Shown piece by piece: positions 35,816 through 43,656 of a DNA stretch of 51,689 nt. Location of the stretch: NCBI GenBank assembly GCA_963602505.1, contig CAVCIX010000002.1, positions 1-51,689 of the forward strand, read 5' to 3'. Numbering within the stretch: the stretch's first letter is position 1; each line of letters starts with the position of its first letter. Below the pieces are notes generated by a model. That model was not told the DNA's origin. It made no database searches and saw only the letters and a list, made by a program, of their open reading frames with translations. Made by a program: the position numbers and the translations under genes. Origin of the DNA: Anaerovoracaceae bacterium. GTDB lineage: Bacteria; Cyanobacteriota; Vampirovibrionia; Gastranaerophilales; Gastranaerophilaceae.

Positions 35816-36085
35816 ATGTCAATCAACTTAAAAAACAAAAGCACTATCGTTAAAAAATTCGGTGCAAACGAAAAAGATACAGGTTCTGCAGAAGTTCAAA
35901 TCGCTATGTTGAGCCAAAAAATCTCTGAATTAACAGAACACATGAAATTGAACCAAAAAGATTTCTCTACAAAACGTGGTTTGTTAATGATGGTAGGTAA
36001 AAGAAAAAGACTTTTAGCTTACTTAAAAGACATCAACTTAGATGGCTACAGAGCTTTAATCAAAAAATTAAAAATCCGTGGTTAA
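35816..36085 (+). CDS. rpsO: 30S ribosomal protein S15
   Basis: 89 aa. GSAEVQIAMLSQKISELTEHMK ... KDFSTKRGLLMMVGKRKRLLAYL is canonical S15. Confidence 0.95.
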   Translation: MSINLKNKSTIVKKFGANEKDTGSAEVQIAMLSQKISELTEHMKLNQKDFSTKRGLLMMVGKRKRLLAYLKDINLDGYRALIKKLKIRG

Positions 36086-36116
36086 TTTTCTAACGAGATT
36101 TTAAAGAAACATTTAA

Positions 36117-36158
36117 AGAAGGCGGAAATTGTTCTTGAACAATTTCCGCCTTCTTTTG
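36117..36158. terminator. Bidirectional intrinsic terminator between rpsO and the TPR gene
   Basis: 18-nt inverted repeat agaaggcggaaattgttc / gaacaatttccgccttct followed by a T-run. Confidence 0.8.
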
Positions 36159-36174
36159 TCATGCCTATAAAATT

Positions 36175-37725
36175 TTACGCTGCTATTTCTGATTTTAATT
36201 CAGAAACAAGCTTATCGTTGTTTGCTTTCTTAGCGTATTCAATCGCTTTTTGAATTAAGTTTTTACCCTTGTCGCCTTTTTGGTAATCAATCATCAGTTC
36301 GCCAGCTTTTTTGTAATTCATTGCAACCTTGTTATTTTCACCCGCAATTGCGTAGTTTTTAACTGCGTCTGAGTAGTATTTCAAAGCTTCTGTTGGCTTG
36401 TTGAATTTATCGTAAGCTGTCGCAATTGTACTTGATACGTAGCCTTTATTTTTTGAATCTTTTGATTCTTCAGCAACAACTTTTGCATCCTCGTAAACGT
36501 TAAATGCTTCTTTGTCGTACTTATCTGAGTAAATATTTCCGATTTTAGTTAAGGATTTAATTTGAGCCTTAAAGTTTTCTGTTTCGCCTGCGAAAGAAAT
36601 TGCTGCCATATAGTGCTCAATTGCAGGTTTGAATTGGTTTACATCATCGTAAATTTGAGCCATTGCGTAGTGAGCTTGAACTTTAACATTGTCGTTTGTT
36701 GCAGTGTTAACGGCATTGTTATAATTTTCAAGAGCCAAATTCAAATCATCATTTTTGTCGTGAATTTTTCCAATTTCAAACAAAATTTTTGATTCACTGT
36801 CTTTATCGTCAATCTCACGACATCTGTCAATAGCTTTTTGGTAAGTAGAAAGCGCTAATTCGTCGTTGCCTTTTTTTGTAATAAGTTTAGCTGATGCAAA
36901 CAAGTTTTTAACTTGACCATCTATAGATGGTTTTTTTTCTGCAACTTGTGGTTGTTCTTCTTGCTTTGGTGCTTCTTCTGCCTCTGCCTTTTTCTTTTTG
37001 TCATCAGGCATTTGAACCAAGAAGGCTTCATTTACATCACCTTCGTTGTATTTGTAATCAACTTGTTGCAAGAAGATTGCATCAACCCAGTTTTCAACAA
37101 CTTTTGAATCTTTATTTAAGGTTTCTGAAATATATTTATCTAAAAGAGTTGCGGCATTTTTCAAATTAGATTGAACCAATTTGATATTTGCATTATCTTT
37201 TTTTGTTTGTTTTTCGACTAAACCTAAGTAGTCATTAACTTCTTCAAAAATATCTTCAGGAGTGCCGATTGCATGAGCAGTGTTTTTGAAATCACCGATT
37301 ACTTGTGCAATGTTAATCTTTGGACTAATCATTGAAGATAGCGGTTTTGACGCTTCTTGAGTTTGAGTTGTGGCTTGTGGTTGAGCGCTTACGTTATTTG
37401 CAGGTTTTGCTAAAGAAGCACCCCCCATTGGTCTAGTCGGTCTGTTGAAATTACCGCCAGCAACAGGGTTGTAAGCATAAGCACCGCCGTTCAAGTTTAC
37501 AGGTCTAGTAGGTTTTTTGCCATTTTGTAAATCTTGAACGTATTGTAAACCTCGGCTTTGCGCAAGGTTAGTACCGCCATTTTCGCTTTCCGCTTCTGTG
37601 GCTTGTTTATTTGCTTCATCGTCTTCTTTACGTTTTATCAGTTGTCTGTTTTTAGGGACAATCTGATTTGTAACCCTCATTGAATCAAACAATTTACTCT
37701 CCTCGCTCTTATTCCTATAATACAA
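36175..37725 (-). CDS. TPR repeat protein with a disordered N-terminal half
   Basis: 516 aa. The C-terminal part (about 230 aa) has repeated A-x-x-Y-Y/A-x-A motifs typical of TPR. The N-terminal half is Pro/Gln/Ala/Asn-rich. Confidence 0.65.
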   Translation of the reverse strand: MYYRNKSEESKLFDSMRVTNQIVPKNRQLIKRKEDDEANKQATEAESENGGTNLAQSRGLQYVQDLQNGKKPTRPVNLNGGAYAYNPVAGGNFNRPTRPMGGASLAKPANNVSAQPQATTQTQEASKPLSSMISPKINIAQVIGDFKNTAHAIGTPEDIFEEVNDYLGLVEKQTKKDNANIKLVQSNLKNAATLLDKYISETLNKDSKVVENWVDAIFLQQVDYKYNEGDVNEAFLVQMPDDKKKKAEAEEAPKQEEQPQVAEKKPSIDGQVKNLFASAKLITKKGNDELALSTYQKAIDRCREIDDKDSESKILFEIGKIHDKNDDLNLALENYNNAVNTATNDNVKVQAHYAMAQIYDDVNQFKPAIEHYMAAISFAGETENFKAQIKSLTKIGNIYSDKYDKEAFNVYEDAKVVAEESKDSKNKGYVSSTIATAYDKFNKPTEALKYYSDAVKNYAIAGENNKVAMNYKKAGELMIDYQKGDKGKNLIQKAIEYAKKANNDKLVSELKSEIAA

Positions 37726-37894
37726 TATATATAACTGTTTATGAACAATTATGTAAAAATTTCATACTTTTATATGACACATGTTTTTTAATGATAATCA
37801 ATAAAAAGTCATATTTTTTTAATAAATTTAAAAAAATAATTTACGAAATTGCACAAATGTAGTATAATAAAGAAACAAAATTTGAGGGCAAATT

Positions 37895-39805
37895 ATGGGC
37901 TTATTTGATAGATTTAAAGATTTTACAAAACAAGTTAGCGAAGTTGAAAATCACCTATACAGTGGCAAAAAAGACTTTTTGGAGATTTACGAACGCAACG
38001 CTCAACTTGAACAAGAAATTGAAGATAGAACAAACGAGTTGAACGAAGCAAATCGCCGTATGTTAACTTTACAACATATTTGGGAGATGATGAATTCGTC
38101 AAAACCGCTTTCTAGTATTCTTGATACAACCGTAAACAACCTTCAAGGCGAACTTGGATATATGCACAGTTGCATTTTGCAAAGAAAAAATGACGAAAAT
38201 GGCGAATATTTCAGCGTAATGGCAACCTCTAATGATAGCCTTTTTGAAGCAATTAACTCTCAATTAGAAACCCCATTAAACACTCAAAGATTAAATCTTC
38301 AAAACTCAGAAGTTATTAAAGCAGTTTTGAGAAGCAAAGAAATTTTACAAAGTACAGACTTAAGAACAGGTTTGCTATCGATTGCTCCTGACATTAAAGA
38401 AGAAAATTTAGAGGATATCCTTAGCGAAACTCATTGTCGCTCGTTTATGTTAGTACCTCTTTCAAAAATGAACCACTTCGGCGTTTTGCTTGTAATGTCT
38501 TCTCGAAACGAGGCAACAGAAGCTGAATTAGATTTCTTAAAACTTTTTGCTCAACAAATTGAACTTGCAATAACAATTGCGGACTTGTTCCAAATGGTTA
38601 GAGAACAGGCAGTTACTGACCCTCTAACAACACTTTACAACCGCCGTTATTTTGACGAATCAATTGAAAAAGAATTTACTCGTGCGAATCGTCAAAAACA
38701 ACCGTTCTCTATTATCGGTATTGATTTAGACCATTTGAAACAAATTAACGATAAATATGGTCACGTTTATGGCGATTTAGCTATCAAACAAATTTCTAGC
38801 GTATTAAAACAAAACGCACGTTCTATTGACGTTCCAGCCCGTATTGGTGGTGAAGAATTTAACGTTCTTCTTCCAGGGATTGATTCAAAAGGTGCTATGA
38901 TTGCCGCAGAACGTATTAGAAAAGCGATTGAGGCAACTCCTATTGAAACAGTTGGTACAATTACTGCAAGTTTAGGTGTTGCAACCTTCTTGGAACACGC
39001 AAACAACGTAGAAGAGCTTATGGAGCTTGCTGACCAAGCAATGTATCACTCAAAACGTAACGGTAGAAACCAAGTTACACTTGCTACTCCAATTTCAGAA
39101 ATTTCTTGGCAAGAGGTTGCGCTTAACGCTTTCAACGATATTCTTGCAACTGGCAGAGTTAATATTTCAGAAGAATTAAAACAAGATTTACGCCACAAAT
39201 TACAAATGGCAATTGAACAAAATACAAATCCAAAAGATACGTTGTATTCAGTTGCTGACGCGCTTGTTACAACTTATAACCCTCAACACACTTTGGGTTC
39301 TTCTAAATCAAAAGTAATTATGGCAACAACTCTTGCAAGACGTTTTGAACTAGAAAAAGATGACGCAGACAAATTGCGTATTGCGATGTTATTGTACGAT
39401 GTAGGAAACTTAATGCTTCCTCAAGAAATTCTTCAAAAAGATGGCCCTCTAACCGATGAAGAACGTGCTTATATCGAAAATCACCCAAGTATCGCTGCAA
39501 AAGATCTTCTTGGACCAATTTCAAATATTCACGATATTATTCCAATTATTGAAAAGCACCACGAAAACTGGGACGGAACAGGTTATCCGCATAAGCTTGC
39601 AGGAAACGATATTCCGCTATCCTCTCAAATTATTTTGATTATTGACGCATATTTTGCTCTAACTGAGCCTAGAATTTACAGAAAAGCAATGAGCCCTTAC
39701 GAAGCGCTTGACGTAATCAAAGAAGGCGCAAACAAAAAATGGAACTCAACTCTTGTAAGCGAATTTGTAAAACTTATAGAGGTTGAATTACGTAAGGCAG
39801 AATAA
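37895..39805 (+). CDS. GAF - GGDEF (diguanylate cyclase) - HD-GYP-like multidomain signalling protein
   Basis: 636 aa. GGEEF with an RxxD I-site 5 residues upstream (RSIDVPARIGGEEF). HHENWDGTGYP motif, but YDVGN where LHDIGK is expected. Confidence 0.85.
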   Translation: MGLFDRFKDFTKQVSEVENHLYSGKKDFLEIYERNAQLEQEIEDRTNELNEANRRMLTLQHIWEMMNSSKPLSSILDTTVNNLQGELGYMHSCILQRKNDENGEYFSVMATSNDSLFEAINSQLETPLNTQRLNLQNSEVIKAVLRSKEILQSTDLRTGLLSIAPDIKEENLEDILSETHCRSFMLVPLSKMNHFGVLLVMSSRNEATEAELDFLKLFAQQIELAITIADLFQMVREQAVTDPLTTLYNRRYFDESIEKEFTRANRQKQPFSIIGIDLDHLKQINDKYGHVYGDLAIKQISSVLKQNARSIDVPARIGGEEFNVLLPGIDSKGAMIAAERIRKAIEATPIETVGTITASLGVATFLEHANNVEELMELADQAMYHSKRNGRNQVTLATPISEISWQEVALNAFNDILATGRVNISEELKQDLRHKLQMAIEQNTNPKDTLYSVADALVTTYNPQHTLGSSKSKVIMATTLARRFELEKDDADKLRIAMLLYDVGNLMLPQEILQKDGPLTDEERAYIENHPSIAAKDLLGPISNIHDIIPIIEKHHENWDGTGYPHKLAGNDIPLSSQIILIIDAYFALTEPRIYRKAMSPYEALDVIKEGANKKWNSTLVSEFVKLIEVELRKAE

Positions 39806-40540
39806 TTACTTGCAGGTTGTATTGTCCCAAGAAAGAGTTGTGCCGTTAGGGCATTTGCCACTTGTTGCTTTTAAGTAATCCATATTGCCATTTCTGATAA
39901 CCCAGCCAGTGCAAGCCTCTCCAGATGTAAAACATCTATTAAGTCCAAGAGTATCACTAATGTCTCCATCTGGAATAATTCCATCTTTTGTAATCTGAAA
40001 CCAAAAATAGTCTTTTCCAATAGTATTAGCACCCTTTGAACCGTCTATATCGACATAGATTGTTCCACAATATCCGTCATCATCTGCACAATCAGTTCCA
40101 GGTTTGTAAAAATCTAGTGCAGTGCCGTCTGCAAGCAAAACCATGTATTCATCATCCCAATCGACTGGAGTGGTTGTTGTTTTGCCGTCTAAAGTCTTGT
40201 AACTTTCTGTTGAAAAACAACCTTCGCCGTCGGTATCACAGTTTTTGGAAATTTTCATAAATTCAGTTAAACGCTCCATAACGCGTTTATTTGTGGCTAA
40301 ATCATCATCATCACTAAATCCAGTAAACCACTGATCAATTGGTCCATAAACCGCAGTTGCACGACCAAAAGCATCTTCAAGATTTGCATAAACTTTTTTT
40401 AGTTTTGCAACTTTTTCTCTGTCGCCTGTTGATTGGTTTAAGTTTGGAATAGTCAACGCCGCAACTACGCCAATAATGCCCATTACCACAAGGGTTTCAG
40501 CTAATGTAAAAGCAATAATTTTATCAAATAACTTTTTCAT
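39806..40540 (-). CDS. Prepilin-type N-terminal cleavage/methylation domain protein (type IV pilin-like), Cys-rich
   Basis: 244 aa. N-terminus KIIAFTLAETLVVMGIIGVVAALTIPN is the class III signal/pilin helix. The C-terminal domain has 8 Cys. Confidence 0.8.
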   Translation of the reverse strand: MKKLFDKIIAFTLAETLVVMGIIGVVAALTIPNLNQSTGDREKVAKLKKVYANLEDAFGRATAVYGPIDQWFTGFSDDDDLATNKRVMERLTEFMKISKNCDTDGEGCFSTESYKTLDGKTTTTPVDWDDEYMVLLADGTALDFYKPGTDCADDDGYCGTIYVDIDGSKGANTIGKDYFWFQITKDGIIPDGDISDTLGLNRCFTSGEACTGWVIRNGNMDYLKATSGKCPNGTTLSWDNTTCK

Positions 40541-40570
40541 ATTACTCCTAATATCTTCTTTTATATTTGT

Positions 40571-40599
40571 ATTATAACATTATTTTTTTTGCGCCTCAA
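40571..40599 (-). promoter_or_regulatory. Candidate promoter of the pilin-like gene
   Basis: On the minus strand: TTGAGG, 17-nt spacer, TGT-TATAAT (extended -10), about 30 nt upstream of the ATG. Confidence 0.5.
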
Positions 40600-40913
40600 C
40601 TGAAAATAGCAGTATTGTAAAATTTTGCAAAAAAAAACACTCTGTATGAGTGTGTGTTTTCTGCATCCTAATGGTCTCTTTTTTTAGTGTTTATTATTTA
40701 GGAGTTTATATGTTAGGGTAAATATAGTGTTTATTTAGTGTTTAATTTACACTTCCTAAGCACATTTATATTATTGCACCATATAACTTGTTTGTCAACT
40801 GTATGGAACAAACTTATTTTCACTAAACTCCCCAAATATTTATTATTAGTGTCATTTTGACACTTTACAATAGTTTACATTGGTATTTTTTGATTTTTAT
40901 TTTTGTTAAATCT

Positions 40914-40942
40914 TTGCATACTAATAAATTCACTGTTATAAT
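40914..40942 (+). promoter_or_regulatory. Candidate promoter of ruvC, predicting a leaderless mRNA
   Basis: TTGCAT, 17-nt spacer, TGT-TATAAT. Only 6 nt separate the -10 from the ATG, and no SD is present. Confidence 0.45.
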
Positions 40943-40948
40943 GAAACT

Positions 40949-41434
40949 ATGAAGATATTAGGTATAGACCCAGGAATGGCAATTGTAGGTTATAGCGTCG
41001 TTGAATTTAGCAACGACAAGTTTGAATTGCTTACTTCTGGCTCTATTCAAACCAAAAAAGGTAATTCGGACGCATCTAGACTTTTAGAAATCTTTAACGA
41101 TATGTCTGAAATTATAGACAAATACAAGCCTGATGTTGCGTCAGTTGAAAAATTGTATTTTTTTAGAAACCAAACTACAATAATTCCTGTTGCAGAAGCT
41201 AGGGGTGTTATTTTAACCGCTCTTGAAAAATTTAACATACCAGCTTTTGAATACACTCCAATGGAGGTTAAGCAGGTTTTAACAGGTTTTGGCAGAGCAG
41301 ACAAAAAAGAAGTCGAACAAATGGTAAAAATAACCCTTCAGCGTGATGAATTACCTAAACTTGATGATACAATAGATTCTATAGCAATCGCAATTTGTCA
41401 TACAAGAAAGCACAGAGAATTAACAACAGTATAA
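40949..41434 (+). CDS. ruvC: Crossover junction endodeoxyribonuclease RuvC
   Basis: 161 aa with ILGIDPG, VEKLYFF and DSIAIAICH catalytic acidic motifs. Confidence 0.9.
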   Translation: MKILGIDPGMAIVGYSVVEFSNDKFELLTSGSIQTKKGNSDASRLLEIFNDMSEIIDKYKPDVASVEKLYFFRNQTTIIPVAEARGVILTALEKFNIPAFEYTPMEVKQVLTGFGRADKKEVEQMVKITLQRDELPKLDDTIDSIAIAICHTRKHRELTTV

Positions 41435-41445
41435 GGAAAATAACT

Positions 41446-41928
41446 ATGATTAACGAATTATTATTAAAACAAGTCGCAATTTTAAGCGCAATTGCAGGCG
41501 GAGCCTTGGGAATTTTAACAATCTTCCCATACATTAACATTTTTTCAGTTTCAATTCTTGTAATCTGCCTTGCAGCGGGTATTCTGGTTTATATGAAACG
41601 TGAAAATTTAATCGGAATTTTTGATATGAAGGAAGGTGCAATTCTTGGTGCGGTAATTGGTTTTGTATCATTTATCGCAGCAGCAATTGTTTACACCCCA
41701 ATAGATATCATCTTAGGGTTAATCCCATTTTTCAAAGCTCACTTTATTATGAGATTTTTCTTTAACAGTTTTGGTAGCGTAATAGTTTTATTAATGCTTG
41801 TCTTCTTTATTGCACTATTAAGCGCTTTAATGAACGCATTTGCAGGTTTAGCCACATCTTATGTATATGAACTTTTAACTGGTTTAAAAAAAGAAAGCAA
41901 CGATAGCGTAGATTTTGAAATCAAATAG
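41446..41928 (+). CDS. Hypothetical integral membrane protein
   Basis: Trimmed to the ATG preceded by AAGGAA. 4-5 hydrophobic helices. No family recognised. Confidence 0.5.
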   Translation: MINELLLKQVAILSAIAGGALGILTIFPYINIFSVSILVICLAAGILVYMKRENLIGIFDMKEGAILGAVIGFVSFIAAAIVYTPIDIILGLIPFFKAHFIMRFFFNSFGSVIVLLMLVFFIALLSALMNAFAGLATSYVYELLTGLKKESNDSVDFEIK

Positions 41929-41947
41929 GATTTAGGAAGGTACACAA

Positions 41948-43027
41948 ATGGCTTTTGATTCAAAGATAAGACCAATTCAATGGGTGGACGGCGTTTCTAG
42001 AATGTTAGATCAAACCGTAATCCCTTACGAATATAAATATGTAGATATAACCTCTGGTCAACAAATGTTTGACGCTATCAGAACAATGATTGTAAGAGGC
42101 GCACCAGCTATTGGTATTGCTGGCGCTCAAGGTGTTGTTTTGTATGCACAAGAATTAGAAAATGAAAATTTATCTTTTGAGGATTTTAAAAATAAATTAA
42201 TAGAAAAAGCTGATTATATGGCAACTTCAAGACCTACTGCAGTAAATTTAATGTGGGCTTGCGAGCAACAAAAAAATATCATTAAAAATTCAAATTCTGA
42301 CATAAAAACTTTGGTAAAAGATTTGACAGAAAAAGCCGTTGAAATTGAAAAAGACGACATTGAAAGATGTATTAAAATAGGTGATAACGGCGCGAAAATT
42401 GTACCAAAAGGCGCAACTATTTTAACTCACTGTAACGCAGGCGCTTTAGCGACAGGCGGTTATGGAACGGCACTTGGCGTTGTTCGCTCAGCTTATGAAA
42501 AAGACAATACTGTTCAAGTTTTTGCAGACGAAACACGACCTCGTCAACAAGGCGCAAGACTTACAACTTTTGAACTTGCAATGGATGGGATTCCTGTAAC
42601 CTTGATTACAGACGGAATGCACTCTTATTTTATGAGCAAGGGCATGATTGATATGGTTTGCGTTGGCGCCGATAGAATAGCCTTAAACGGAGATACTGCA
42701 AACAAAATCGGCACTTACACCGTTGCAATTTCTGCAAAATACCATAATGTGCCATTTTATGTTGCAGCGCCTTTATCAACGATTGATGTAAGTATTAAAT
42801 CAGGAAAAGAAATTCCGATTGAAGAACGCGACCACGAAGAAGTTACGCATATTAACGGAAAAATAATTTGCTCAGACAAAGTAAAAGTAATCAATCCAGC
42901 GTTTGATGTAACTCCAAATGAGCTTATTGCAGGCATCATTACTGAGGTTGGTATTTTAAGAGCGCCTTATGAAAAATCAATAAAAGAAGCGTTCGAAAAA
43001 CACCAAAAAGATTTGTTAAGAAAATAA
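41948..43027 (+). CDS. mtnA: S-methyl-5-thioribose-1-phosphate isomerase (eIF-2B alpha/beta/delta-like family)
   Basis: 359 aa with VRGAPAIG, SRPTAVNL, THCNAGALAT and ETRP motifs. Confidence 0.85.
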   Translation: MAFDSKIRPIQWVDGVSRMLDQTVIPYEYKYVDITSGQQMFDAIRTMIVRGAPAIGIAGAQGVVLYAQELENENLSFEDFKNKLIEKADYMATSRPTAVNLMWACEQQKNIIKNSNSDIKTLVKDLTEKAVEIEKDDIERCIKIGDNGAKIVPKGATILTHCNAGALATGGYGTALGVVRSAYEKDNTVQVFADETRPRQQGARLTTFELAMDGIPVTLITDGMHSYFMSKGMIDMVCVGADRIALNGDTANKIGTYTVAISAKYHNVPFYVAAPLSTIDVSIKSGKEIPIEERDHEEVTHINGKIICSDKVKVINPAFDVTPNELIAGIITEVGILRAPYEKSIKEAFEKHQKDLLRK

Positions 43028-43092
43028 AATTTAAAAGTTATAAACGTTCATGACAAGGGTATATACTTAATGTATCACCTTGAGGATTTTCT

Positions 43093-43251
43093 ATGAACAT
43101 CGCAGATTTAACTGAAATGGCAACGGCTCCGATGCAAATCGAAGCAATGAAAGCTGCGTTAGAAATCATCTTACAAGCTGATGAAGCCGTTCAATCGGCA
43201 GCAGGAAACGTAAGCGAAGAAGTTCTTGAAGACGTTGCTGAAATTAGCTAG
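43093..43251 (+). CDS. Small acidic helical protein, not in the ORF track (below the size cut-off). Weak YjfB-like resemblance.
   Basis: 52 codons, MNIADLTEMATAPMQIEAMKAALEIILQADEAVQSAAGNVSEEVLEDVAEIS. GAGGA RBS 6 nt upstream of the ATG. Confidence 0.45.
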   Translation: MNIADLTEMATAPMQIEAMKAALEIILQADEAVQSAAGNVSEEVLEDVAEIS

Positions 43252-43272
43252 TACGCACAAAAACTCTTTTCC

Positions 43273-43656
43273 TTAGAAGTTTAATTTTTTATATGCGGTA
43301 ACGTCGTTTACAAGTTTCGCCTTTGGAATATAATCTATTCCAAAGTTTTCTGCTATGCTTTTTATGCTTAAAGAGCCTGAAACGATTACAATTTTTGTTT
43401 TGTAATATTGTTTTAACAATTGAACCTGCTCAACTAGCCATTCACCAGCGAATTTTGGCGCAAAATCATACTCCATAGATAAGTCCGTAATGATTAAATC
43501 ATACGGATTATCAATATAGTTGTAAACCCAGTCATAGCCTTCACGAGCGGTGTAAGCTCTATCAATTTCAATATCCTCGCCGTAAAGCTCTTTCAAATGA
43601 GCATAGTGAAAAGTATTCCAACTTGGAGAATCATCTACAATTAATGCGTGTTTCAT
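43273..43656 (-). CDS. Stand-alone response regulator receiver domain protein
   Basis: 127 aa with LIVDDS, the phosphoacceptor context LIITDLSM, VSGS and PKA. The start overlaps the cyclase stop (TAATG). Confidence 0.8.
   Translation of the reverse strand: MKHALIVDDSPSWNTFHYAHLKELYGEDIEIDRAYTAREGYDWVYNYIDNPYDLIITDLSMEYDFAPKFAGEWLVEQVQLLKQYYKTKIVIVSGSLSIKSIAENFGIDYIPKAKLVNDVTAYKKLNF

Noticed and set aside
36562-37169. ORFs 36562-36792, 36913-37107 and 36927-37169 (+) in the TPR gene. Others lie at 38767-39006, 39318-39524, 39456-39638, 40036-40260, 41047-41304, 42757-42939, 44071-44495, 45278-45514, 46253-46504, 46772-46978, 49810-49995, 50665-50886 and 50723-50995.
   Set aside because: They are alternate-frame or antisense shadows of annotated genes, with hydrophobic or Cys/Phe/Leu-rich nonsense composition.
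37680-37862. 60-aa plus-strand ORF in the TPR/GGDEF divergent promoter region.
   Set aside because: The region is extremely AT-rich, the ORF has Ile/Tyr/Asn/Lys-rich composition and no RBS. More likely it is promoter DNA.
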